The notes: a model not told the origin generated them from the letters alone. A stretch of DNA of 34,573 bases from an uncultured Candidatus Saccharibacteria bacterium (GCA_964391935.1 CAYMOA010000001.1:7860-42432), one strand, 5' to 3'; numbered from the stretch's first letter, positions 7,151 to 14,515 are shown. A program made the numbers and translations.

Positions 7151-7943
7151 TTATAACTGTATCCTCCCACTCGAATTTCTGACCTTTAAAATATGAATCT
7201 ATAAATGGTACAAGTAAACTTGCAAGTGGTAACGCAAAAAAGAAAGCAGGTTTAAAACTTGAAAAGATATAAAGTAGAATTGTAATAAAAACTAAAGATA
7301 AAGAAAAAATAAGTCTGCCTATTGTTGTGTCAGGTGTAGTTTTTGGATCGGTAATCATAAAGAAAGAGAAAAGGATTATCGGCACACTCAACAAATGGTG
7401 AAAGATATTTCCACTAAAAAGGTTTACGTATGAAAAAAGCAAAACGGTAAAAGAATATGGAATTAAAAAGAATAGGGCTACGTCGGTCCTCTTTACACTA
7501 TAACTGATCAATAAACCACAAGCTAAAACAAACAAAGCCAACATGCTCGAGTCAAAACCCCATTGATACGGTGTCACCGCAGCAAGCCCTGGAAAAGCCA
7601 AAATAGTCATAACTATACCAAAGTTGTTTGGATTAAAAATATGTTTATTGTTGTATCGAACAATGAATTTACTTGCCACAGTTACAAAAGTACAAAATAT
7701 AGCAGCTTGTAAACTCTGAGTGCTCATCAAAATGATAATCGGCATACCGGCAACGAAAGAACTTTTCCAGTTATATGGTATCTTTGCGAACCAAGAAAAG
7801 TAAACTTGGAACAGTTGCATAAAAACGAAAATAGTTACGATATACCAAAGTTGTATTTGTGGAAGTTTTAAGACAAAAGTCGCCATCAATAAAACCACAA
7901 CTAGAAATGCCATTTGAAAATATATCTGATTAATGTTTTTCAT
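7143..7943 (-). CDS. polytopic membrane protein, RnfD/NqrB-like
   Basis: 266 aa with about 8 hydrophobic helices. HIFNPNNFGIV and FFMITDPKTTP resemble the conserved RnfD/NqrB segments (FNP..., FFMATDP.T.P). Confidence 0.55.
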   Translation of the reverse strand: MKNINQIYFQMAFLVVVLLMATFVLKLPQIQLWYIVTIFVFMQLFQVYFSWFAKIPYNWKSSFVAGMPIIILMSTQSLQAAIFCTFVTVASKFIVRYNNKHIFNPNNFGIVMTILAFPGLAAVTPYQWGFDSSMLALFVLACGLLISYSVKRTDVALFFLIPYSFTVLLFSYVNLFSGNIFHHLLSVPIILFSFFMITDPKTTPDTTIGRLIFSLSLVFITILLYIFSSFKPAFFFALPLASLLVPFIDSYFKGQKFEWEDTVIKP

Positions 7944-7971
7944 ATTTTAATTATAGCACTAAGATACAATA

Positions 7972-7992
7972 CCCCTGCCAGGGGGTCAGGGT
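7972..7992 (+). repeat. hairpin-plus-G-tail element, copy A (short)
   Basis: cccctgccagggg plus tail gtcagggt. It is intergenic, directly after the stop (7996) of the upstream minus-strand gene. Confidence 0.45.
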
Positions 7993-7995
7993 AAA

Positions 7996-8676
7996 CTACT
8001 GAACAATAAAATATTGTAAATCTTTGGCTCTGTCTAATTCTTCTATGTTACCTTTCCATTCCCTATAAACAATATCCTCTTCTTTAATTTCTTGTGTATT
8101 TGTATATTTTATTTTATCTCCCAATTCTTCTAGATCACTCACATAAAATTTTTGGGTTTCATTATCTTTGTAAAAAACTTTAATTTTCTGATTTTCTAAA
8201 ATCAAAGAATAAATATTTAGGTGAGAATTGCTTTTATATGTGTCCACACTGTTTTCTTTTATATTAAATTTATAAATCACATCGTAAAAATCTGAGACAC
8301 TTCCCTCTTTAAAGCGAGACTCTAAAAAGTATAGGTGTTCAGGTGTGGTCAAAGTCAACATCTGGGCGCAATGCTCTGGGTCCCAAAAAACATTTTCGGA
8401 AACTTTTTCAAATTTGTTTTTTTCAGAAAAATTTATTTCTTCTAGTTTTTGATTAGTTGCAATATACCAAAATCTTCCAATCTCTTTTTCTTCTTTGTCT
8501 TTTTTTTCTTCTTTAAATCTATACAAATATGCTTTCCCATCTTTTGACAAAACCTCACCTTTTTCTTTTGTAAAACTTTGTCTAGTATCACCACTCATCA
8601 AGTCAGTCTTAAAATAAAAACTCAATCCTATTAAAATGAAAACACAAAATATTACAAACATTCTTTTATTGTTCAT
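7996..8676 (-). CDS. hypothetical membrane-anchored protein
   Basis: The preferred start is the ATG at 8676 (MNNKRMFVIFCVFILIGLSFYF), because TGTTATAAT (-10 at 8689-8684) lies 7 nt upstream and the track start at 8721 sits inside a terminator stem. No known domain. Confidence 0.5.
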   Translation of the reverse strand: MNNKRMFVIFCVFILIGLSFYFKTDLMSGDTRQSFTKEKGEVLSKDGKAYLYRFKEEKKDKEEKEIGRFWYIATNQKLEEINFSEKNKFEKVSENVFWDPEHCAQMLTLTTPEHLYFLESRFKEGSVSDFYDVIYKFNIKENSVDTYKSNSHLNIYSLILENQKIKVFYKDNETQKFYVSDLEELGDKIKYTNTQEIKEEDIVYREWKGNIEELDRAKDLQYFIVQ

Positions 8677-8695
8677 TCCGGTAATTATAACACTC

Positions 8696-8864
8696 AAACA
8701 AAGAAATAGACCGAGATGCAACGTGCATCTCGGTCCTGAGATTGCAGGTGTCCAGCCTTAACTCTGCTGGACAAGACCTCCTGAGAGGAGGCGAAGTGGT
8801 AGCCCTTGCTCACTCCACTTTAGGTTGACGGTCGAGTCCTGTGTCGGACACCCGTATGGCCTTG
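8696..8864 (-). ncRNA. GC-rich structured RNA candidate (unknown class), sRNA or cis-regulatory leader
   Basis: Minus-strand promoter TTGCTT (8898-8893), 16-nt spacer, TAGAAT (8876-8871). P1 is GGUGUCC/GGACACC (8852-8846 with 8753-8747). Inner helices are GGAC/GUCC, AAGUGG/CCACUU and CCUCC/GGAGG. The 12-bp terminator hairpin (8735-8709) is followed by UAUUUCUUUGUUU. My hand count gives 61 G+C in the 106-nt core, against much lower GC in the flanks. Confidence 0.5.
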
Positions 8865-8907
8865 TAGAATATTCTATCTTAAATATTTAAAAAAGCAAGA
8901 CATCGGC

Positions 8908-8936
8908 TTGCATAATATATTAGTATCTGCTAATAT
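8908..8936 (+). promoter_or_regulatory. second copy of the arsR-type promoter/operator, driving the glutaredoxin-like gene
   Basis: cttgcat + aatatattagtatctgctaatatatt aligns without gaps to 5535-5567, with 5 mismatches in the 26 nt after cttgcat. Elements are TTGCAT 8908-8913, imperfect palindrome ATATTAGTATCTGCTAATAT 8917-8936 and TAATAT 8931-8936. The ATG at 8945 is 8 nt downstream. Confidence 0.55.
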
Positions 8937-8944
8937 ATTATTAT

Positions 8945-9190
8945 ATGACAAATAACAATAAAAAAGTAATAATTTATTCGACACCTACTTGCCCGTATTG
9001 TGTTTATGCTAAACAATATTTTAAGGACAAAAAAGTCCCTTTTGAAGATGTTGATTTATTTATACACAGAGACAGAATAGAAGAAGCAAGATCAAAAAGT
9101 GGACAAAATGGTGTGCCAGTGATAGACATCAATGGTCAGATAGTTCTTGGTTTTCAGCCTGAAGTTTTTGAAAAACTTCTGAATCAATAA
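8945..9190 (+). CDS. glutaredoxin/NrdH-like thiol-disulfide oxidoreductase
   Basis: 81 aa. VIIYSTPTCPYCVYAKQYF...GVPVIDINGQIVLGF is the glutaredoxin CPYC fold signature. Confidence 0.8.
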   Translation: MTNNNKKVIIYSTPTCPYCVYAKQYFKDKKVPFEDVDLFIHRDRIEEARSKSGQNGVPVIDINGQIVLGFQPEVFEKLLNQ

Positions 9191-9676
9191 TTACTCAAAC
9201 TCGATTGGTATTTCCAAAGCATCGTCATTTTCTGGGAGACCAGATGGGTTATCTTTTTTGAGAATTATCGCACCTTTTTTAGAATAAACATTTGACTCTA
9301 GTTCATAGGAAATATTAGCTTCGAATGGAACGAACTCGTTTGTCATCCAGTCGCCTTTGGCTTGGGCCACACCAGTGCCAATTATTTTCCCATCCCAGTC
9401 AACAATAAAAATCGGGAATGATGCTTCGAAAAACCAGCTACCTCGGGCACTACCTGTAACTTTTACCGGGCTTTTTATTTTCTGATTTGGTTTCGGACTA
9501 TCTAAAATAATTTTATCACCTTTATCTTCTATGATATTTTTGATATTCTCTTGATTTATAGGATTATTATCTTTTTCTTTTGCAGGATTGATCCCTATAG
9601 AAAAAATCACACTCAAAATAGCAAGAACAAAAAATACTAGTGCAACTATAATAATTTTTTTATTTATATTTTTCAT
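9191..9676 (-). CDS. Gmad2 immunoglobulin-like domain protein, membrane anchored
   Basis: An N-terminal TM helix is followed by SPVKVTGSARGSWFFEASFPIFIVDWDGKIIG...GDWMTNEFVPFEANI, matching the Gmad2 pattern. Confidence 0.65.
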   Translation of the reverse strand: MKNINKKIIIVALVFFVLAILSVIFSIGINPAKEKDNNPINQENIKNIIEDKGDKIILDSPKPNQKIKSPVKVTGSARGSWFFEASFPIFIVDWDGKIIGTGVAQAKGDWMTNEFVPFEANISYELESNVYSKKGAIILKKDNPSGLPENDDALEIPIEFE

Positions 9677-10077
9677 TTATTTTCTTCTTCCTCTTCCTTT
9701 TCTTTTTTATACTCTTTTAAATGTTTCCAAAAAGTTGACACTGTGTCTTTTTCTTTAACCGCGGTTTTTAAGAAAAAGTCGCGCACTGTAGAGTAGAGAA
9801 CGTCAGTAGCGTCAGAAATAAATTTTAAAAATAAAACTATAAAATGTAGTAGCCAGTGGAAAATAGCCAACATAGACTTGGTAAAGTTTCCTTTTGTCGA
9901 GTCATAAAAAGCAAAAACTTTCTCTTTTGCTTCGTCGATATTATTATTTACATCTGCATCCAAAAAAGCACTGGTAACTATTTTTTCAATCTTTTTTCTA
10001 TTAATAAAATATCTAATAGAAAGATAAAAAGCCGCAACCAAGAATGGAATTAGAAATAAATAAAAACTATTTAACAT
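9673..10077 (-). CDS. hypothetical membrane protein
   Basis: 134-aa ORF with a 4-nt overlap onto the downstream gene. It has two hydrophobic helices and an acidic C-terminus. Confidence 0.45.
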   Translation of the reverse strand: MLNSFYLFLIPFLVAAFYLSIRYFINRKKIEKIVTSAFLDADVNNNIDEAKEKVFAFYDSTKGNFTKSMLAIFHWLLHFIVLFLKFISDATDVLYSTVRDFFLKTAVKEKDTVSTFWKHLKEYKKEKEEEEENK

Positions 10078-10080
10078 ATT

Positions 10081-10665
10081 TTATGAGTAGCGAACGAATT
10101 TTGCGATAGATGTGTTTTCACCAAATTTTTGGATAGCACCAGAAAGTAGGTCGGCAATAGTTTTAGAGTCGTCTTTCAAAAACTTTTGGTTCATGAGTAC
10201 TGAGCCGGCTAAAAACTCCGCCCACTTACCTTCTGCAATCTTTGCTTGGATATCTGCTGGCTTTCCTGTTTTTGCAGCTTCTTCCATGAAGGCTTCTAAG
10301 TATTTGGCTTTTACAGATTCATCGATATCAGATTCTTTTACGAACTCTGGGTTCATACCTGCGATGTGAACTGCAATATCAGAGGCAAGAGCGATGAACT
10401 CTGGGTTTGCTGCTACGAAGTCAGTCTCGCAAACCAGTTGCACCATAGCGCCCACTTTCCCACCTTGGTGGATATAAGCTTGAGAACACACAGCTCCAAA
10501 TGCTCGGTCACCTTTCTTTGACGCATCAGCAGACGCTTTCTTTCTCAAAGCGATTTTTGCTTTTTCCATGTCACCGTTACTTTCTTCTAGTGCTTTTTTA
10601 CATTGCATTATAGAAACTCCAGTCTCATCTCTTAATTTTTTTACTTCATCCATTGTTACTGCCAT
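10081..10665 (-). CDS. tsf: translation elongation factor Ts (short form)
   Basis: The UBA-like N-terminus VKKLRDETGVSIMQCKKALEESNGDMEKAKIALRKK and the core CETDFVA motif are present. It lies downstream of rpsB, as in most bacteria. Confidence 0.9.
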   Translation of the reverse strand: MAVTMDEVKKLRDETGVSIMQCKKALEESNGDMEKAKIALRKKASADASKKGDRAFGAVCSQAYIHQGGKVGAMVQLVCETDFVAANPEFIALASDIAVHIAGMNPEFVKESDIDESVKAKYLEAFMEEAAKTGKPADIQAKIAEGKWAEFLAGSVLMNQKFLKDDSKTIADLLSGAIQKFGENTSIAKFVRYS

Positions 10666-10710
10666 AAAATTATATTTTTGTTTTATCTGTTAATCTAGTC
10701 GCACTTTACT

Positions 10711-10736
10711 CCTCCTTGTAAAGGAGGCTGGGAGGA
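10711..10736 (+). repeat. hairpin-plus-G-tail element, copy B (divergent)
   Basis: cctcctt-gta-aaggagg followed by the tail ctgggagga. It sits in the rpsB-tsf spacer, immediately after the rpsB stop. Confidence 0.45.
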
Positions 10737-10742
10737 TTTGTC

Positions 10743-11423
10743 CTATTCTGCTGATTCTATCTTTTCGCCGATGTAGTCTAACACAGTTTGGATAGACAGA
10801 GAAGATGAATCATTAATTACTATCGGATAGTTTACTTCTTTTATATTACAGTCAGTATTACAAAGAGCAACTACAGGGATACGCATATACTTTGCCTCAG
10901 CGAGAGCGATGGCTTCGTGTTTAGAGTCAACAAGTAGAATTGCTTGTGGGAGTCCTGCAACTTGGGCCATACCTCCAAAGTTTTTTGTCATACGCGCGAT
11001 ATCACGGTCGATCAAAACATTTTCTTTTTTTGTATAAACAGCAAACTCACCTGCTTCTTTTTTGGTTAAAAGTTCTGCTAATTTTTCAACTCTTTTTTTA
11101 ATTTCACCAAAGTTTGTTAGAGTCCCACCGATGAATCTTTCTCCTGCATATGGTAGAGACAACTTCATACCAGCACTTGTAACTTGGGCGCGAGCTTCTG
11201 GTTTTGTACCAATGATTAAAAATTGTTTTTTATCTGCAACTATTTTTTGTAAGAATTCTACAGCCTTCTCAACTTGAGCAGCTGTTTTTTCTAAATCAAT
11301 AATATCTTTACCTCCTTTTGTAGCGTAAAGAGAGTTCTTTACTGATGGGTGACGGCGAGTTTTAGAGTAGCCAAAATGCGCACCTGTTTCTGTTAATTTT
11401 TTAACTAAGTCTTCTTTTGTCAT
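10743..11423 (-). CDS. rpsB: 30S ribosomal protein S2
   Basis: LTETGAHFGYSKTRRHPS...ILLVDSKHEAIALAEAKYMRIPVVALCNTDC is the canonical S2 sequence pattern. Confidence 0.92.
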   Translation of the reverse strand: MTKEDLVKKLTETGAHFGYSKTRRHPSVKNSLYATKGGKDIIDLEKTAAQVEKAVEFLQKIVADKKQFLIIGTKPEARAQVTSAGMKLSLPYAGERFIGGTLTNFGEIKKRVEKLAELLTKKEAGEFAVYTKKENVLIDRDIARMTKNFGGMAQVAGLPQAILLVDSKHEAIALAEAKYMRIPVVALCNTDCNIKEVNYPIVINDSSSLSIQTVLDYIGEKIESAE

Positions 11424-11449
11424 ATATTTTATTTTCTATTTTAATTTTA

Positions 11450-11749
11450 TTAATTATTATCCCAAGTATCAGAAGGCTCTGTAATTTTTGTTGAACTGGT
11501 TAAAAATAAACTGTCAGGATAATTATCATTTGTGAATCTGGATGTATCTATATTTTCTTGGTATCCACCTTCTTTTGCTGCCTCCCGTTCAATCTTTGCA
11601 GCGATAATCATTTCTTGCTCTCTAAGGTATTGTTCATCTTCTGGTAATAGTCCATTGTATCCTTGAGCGCACCTAGCCAAACGACGTATTTGAGCTTTGA
11701 AATTTATTTCGTCTTCATCACCATCATAATCACCATATTTTCTAGCCAT
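11450..11749 (-). CDS. hypothetical acidic protein
   Basis: 99-aa ORF behind a roughly 140-nt leader. No recognisable motif. Confidence 0.45.
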   Translation of the reverse strand: MARKYGDYDGDEDEINFKAQIRRLARCAQGYNGLLPEDEQYLREQEMIIAAKIEREAAKEGGYQENIDTSRFTNDNYPDSLFLTSSTKITEPSDTWDNN

Positions 11750-11897
11750 AAAAATACTTGTTATTTTTTTTTAATATTCAAAAAGTTTTTACTACAACAC
11801 CTGAATATTTCCTACAAAAGTTTTACTCTTGTCTGTCACGAAAATTTCGGCTCGGGTGAGCGTCCCCGATGCTGTAATTGCTTTTGAACTGGTCAGT

Positions 11898-11926
11898 ATT
11901 CTAACACAGAAGTAATTTTTTTTCAA
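11898..11926 (-). promoter_or_regulatory. sigma70-type promoter for the 99-aa gene
   Basis: On the minus strand: TTGAAA (11926-11921), 17-nt spacer, TGT-TAGAAT (-10 at 11903-11898). It abuts hairpin element copy C. Confidence 0.45.
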
Positions 11927-11932
11927 GAACAG

Positions 11933-11965
11933 AAAACACCCCTACCCCTCTTTCGAAAAGAGGGG
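11933..11965 (-). repeat. hairpin-plus-G-tail element, copy C
   Basis: aaaacacccctacccctctttcgaaaagagggg. Its reverse complement, cccctcttttcgaaagaggggtaggggtgtttt, is nearly identical to copy D. C and D therefore form inverted terminal repeats. Confidence 0.7.
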
Positions 11966-12211
11966 TTTTCGAGTTCTAACATATTTTTCTAGTTCTAATT
12001 TAACTTGTAAAACATTGCTCTCAACAGTTTCATTTGTAAATCTTAATGTTTGGATACCATATTTGATAAAAAATAAGTTATCTCTTTCACATCTTTTTCT
12101 TTTTGTTTATTGTGTATTTCTCCATCTATTTCAATTATCAATTTTAATTTGCTGCAGTAAACGTTTGGTTGTTCCTTAAATCTCTCGCTCTTGCTACCAA
12201 ATTTGAGTCAT
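11942..12211 (-). pseudogene. decayed DUF559 / Vsr-like endonuclease-domain gene
   Basis: Minus-strand translation in three different frames gives MTQIW*, FKEQPNVYCSKLKLIIEIDGEIHNKQKEKDVKEITYFLS and GIQTLRFTNETVESNVLQVKLELEKYVRTRKPLFSKEG*. These match DUF559 blocks (LW..LR, FRRQ, DFYC..LKL.IE.DG..H, G..VLRF.N.EV). An in-frame stop, frameshifts and a deletion of the IG.YI.DF block are present. Confidence 0.6.
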
Positions 12212-12239
12212 ATCTAATAAAAATAGTTTCTTGAGATGT

Positions 12240-12274
12240 CCCCCTCTTTTTGAAAGAGGGGTTAGGGGTGTTTT
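12240..12274 (+). repeat. hairpin-plus-G-tail element, copy D
   Basis: ccccctctttttgaaagaggggttaggggtgtttt. A partial tail duplicate (ggtgttttca) follows at 12289-12300. Confidence 0.7.
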
Positions 12275-12372
12275 CAGTGCCGGGAGATTTGGTGTTTTCA
12301 ATATCTGTCATAATCTAATGCTTTTTTCTGTCTTTTGTGTTATTATATCAAACATAAAAATTTAAATAATAA

Positions 12373-12924
12373 ATGCATCCAAAAAATCATAGAACTATAA
12401 TGAACGAAAATATCCGCGCACACGAACTTCGTGTCCTCGGAGAAAACAATGAAAACCTAGGCGTGATGGACAGAAATGCTGCCCTGAAAATAGCCAAAGA
12501 AAAAGGAGTGGACCTCATTTTAACAGCAGAAAACGCAGTGCCACCAGTGGCAAAGATTATCGACTACGGTAAATTCGCCTATTTAGAAAATAAAAAAGAT
12601 AATCAAAAAAGAAATAATGACAATACTACGGAGACCAAAGTATTGCGTTTAACTGTGGGTATCGGTGAGGGAGATCTAACAAACAAAGCTAAACAAGCGA
12701 GTGAGTGGTTACATGAAGGTCACCGAGTAAAAATAGAATTGAAATTAAAAGGCCGCGCTAATGCTATCGAACATGATTTCTTAAAAGAAAGATTGCAGAG
12801 AATTTTGATATTGCTTACTGAGAATTATAAAACTGCAGAGCCGATCAAAAAAATCCCCAATGGTATGACAATGGTTATCGAAAAAGCTAAAGGCAAAATG
12901 GGCGAAGCCGCAGAGAATTTGTAA
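12373..12924 (+). CDS. infC: translation initiation factor IF-3
   Basis: INENIRAHELRVLGENNENLGVM...AKEKGVDLILTAENAVPPVAKIIDYGKFAY is the IF-3 N-domain/linker pattern, and the C-domain is present. The exact start is uncertain: ATG at 12373 or a downstream codon. Confidence 0.9.
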   Translation: MHPKNHRTIMNENIRAHELRVLGENNENLGVMDRNAALKIAKEKGVDLILTAENAVPPVAKIIDYGKFAYLENKKDNQKRNNDNTTETKVLRLTVGIGEGDLTNKAKQASEWLHEGHRVKIELKLKGRANAIEHDFLKERLQRILILLTENYKTAEPIKKIPNGMTMVIEKAKGKMGEAAENL

Positions 12925-12956
12925 TTTGTTTTTAGGAGAGTTATAATACTTGCCCT

Positions 12957-13895
12957 ATGATTTCAAAAACTGAAAACAAAATTATTGATTTTTCTTTATT
13001 ATCACTTACTAATCTTTCAAATATTATCCCTACTAGAATCCTTAAAAAACATCTAAACGCAGACGGTAAGGTATATTTCGAACTAGTTTCCTGCGTATTT
13101 AAACCCGACCAGTGGACAAAAGCATTCTTACGGGGTCTTTACCAGTTTGGTGAGCAAGGAGGGTTTACAGACAAAACAGTTGTCGAGCTAGGGAGCGGTT
13201 GTGCTATAAACTTAATTTTAGTGAACAATATTTATAACCCTAAATATATTTACGGCTCAGATATTCATCCAGATGTTTATGAAAATGCATTAAAAAATGT
13301 TTCTTTAGTTTTACCAGAAGAAAAAAGAAATAATATAGAAATAATTTCTGGTGGACATAACCTAGACTCTTGGATGAAGGATGATTTTAAGGTTGATGTC
13401 ATTTTCGGTTGTCTCCCTCAAGTAATTGCCCCATCTCATATTGCTAACAATAACTTTACCGGTGAGAAAAACGAGGCTTCTTCTCACTATTACATCCCAG
13501 AAGAGTACCCATTAGCAAGAACATCTACCCACACTTTAGGACTAGCATTAAATGAACATGCTTTAAGAAAATTAAAAAGCAGATTAAATCCGTGTGGAAA
13601 AATAGTTTTGAACTTGGGTGGTAGGACAGGAAAAGAGAATTTATTAGAAATGTTCACTGCTAGTGGTTATACACCAGAAATATTACATGAGGAATTTATT
13701 GAGCAACACAGTGGTACAAGTATAGAAACTTTTGTAGAGATTGAAAAAAGATCTTCTGCCGATCATACTTTTGAATTCTTCAATGAGTTTGGTCAACAGA
13801 TATCTGCAGCACAGGCTGACATCGATAGAAAAGGTGGTAAAAAAATATACCATAAAATATATGTGATCGCTGGTACAGTTGCCGACAATGTTTAG
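12957..13895 (+). CDS. class I SAM-dependent methyltransferase, MMT/MmtN-like (methionine S-methyltransferase family candidate)
   Basis: SAM motif I is VVELGSGCAINLIL, followed by SDIHPD. FGCLPQV, LNLGGRTGK and VEIEKRSSADHTFEFF parallel the plant MMT N-terminal domain as I remember it (ELGCGNG, GCIPQI, NMGGRPG, VEIEKNSPHRFEFF). TATAAT at 12942-12947 lies 9 nt before the ATG. Confidence 0.7.
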   Translation: MISKTENKIIDFSLLSLTNLSNIIPTRILKKHLNADGKVYFELVSCVFKPDQWTKAFLRGLYQFGEQGGFTDKTVVELGSGCAINLILVNNIYNPKYIYGSDIHPDVYENALKNVSLVLPEEKRNNIEIISGGHNLDSWMKDDFKVDVIFGCLPQVIAPSHIANNNFTGEKNEASSHYYIPEEYPLARTSTHTLGLALNEHALRKLKSRLNPCGKIVLNLGGRTGKENLLEMFTASGYTPEILHEEFIEQHSGTSIETFVEIEKRSSADHTFEFFNEFGQQISAAQADIDRKGGKKIYHKIYVIAGTVADNV

Positions 13896-13942
13896 TTGCA
13901 AATTTGTCAATACTCTGTTATAATTGCACAATCATTTTCTTT

Positions 13943-14164
13943 ATGAAAACAAAAAAATCATTATTAAAAAGACTGAAAATCACCAAGAACGGCAAAATCC
14001 TTGGTCGTGCCAAAGGTATCGGTCACTTCAACGCTCGTAAAAGACGTGTTGACCAACTTGCCCAAAGAAAACCTGTTCCTTTTTCTATGACTAACAAAGA
14101 AAAGAGACGTTTCCTACCAGGTCTTGTAAAGATTGCCAAAGCAAAAGCTTATATAGCTAAATAA
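13943..14164 (+). CDS. rpmI: 50S ribosomal protein L35
   Basis: MKTKKSLLKRLKITKNGKILGRAKGIGHFNARKR matches the L35 pattern. The track start at 13904 adds an implausible hydrophobic extension. Confidence 0.85.
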   Translation: MKTKKSLLKRLKITKNGKILGRAKGIGHFNARKRRVDQLAQRKPVPFSMTNKEKRRFLPGLVKIAKAKAYIAK

Positions 14165-14173
14165 TATAATTTT

Positions 14174-14515
14174 ATGACAAGAGTTAAAAGAGGAAAAATT
14201 TCCCTAAAAAGACGAAATAATGTTCTAAAAGATGCTAAAGGTTTTAGACTACAACGTTCTAAAAAAGAGCGCTCTGCAAAAGTAGCCCTTCGTAAAGCCG
14301 GAGTTCATGCTTTCTCTCACAGAAAAGACAAGAAGAATGACATGAGAAAACTTTGGAATGTAAAGATCAATGCATCATTACGAGAAGCGGGTACAACATA
14401 TAGTAAATTCATCAACTTGATGAAAACTAAAAATGTAGTGCTTGATAGAAAAGTTCTTGCGGAAATCGCTCAGAAACATCCTAAAGTTTTTGCAAACCTA
14501 GTAAAAGCAATTTAG
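14174..14515 (+). CDS. rplT: 50S ribosomal protein L20
   Basis: MTRVKRGKISLKRRNNVLKDAKGF...LWNVKINASLRE...LDRKVLAEIA is canonical L20. Confidence 0.92.
   Translation: MTRVKRGKISLKRRNNVLKDAKGFRLQRSKKERSAKVALRKAGVHAFSHRKDKKNDMRKLWNVKINASLREAGTTYSKFINLMKTKNVVLDRKVLAEIAQKHPKVFANLVKAI

Noticed and set aside
8677-8721. ORF-track start at 8721 for the 7996 gene (MHLGLFLCLSVIITG...)
   Set aside because: The extension overlaps the 12-bp terminator stem and the TGTTATAAT box. The ATG at 8676 gives a normal signal-anchor N-terminus.
8747-8852. Identifying the GC-rich structured RNA as SRP (4.5S) RNA, 5S rRNA, a tRNA-like RNA or a hammerhead
   Set aside because: Neither strand contains the SRP domain IV signature (GGAAGCAGC with a GNAR tetraloop) or the 5S loop motifs (CCGAAC...AGAAGUGAAAC). 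It forms a three-way rather than a four-way junction. The hammerhead core (CUGANGA...GAAA) is not correctly placed. It is therefore left as unknown class.
10711-10727. AAGGAGG inside element copy B as a Shine-Dalgarno site for tsf
   Set aside because: On the coding (minus) strand the AAGGAGG is about 45 nt upstream of the tsf start and is sequestered in the hairpin. Other genes in the window lack SD sites.
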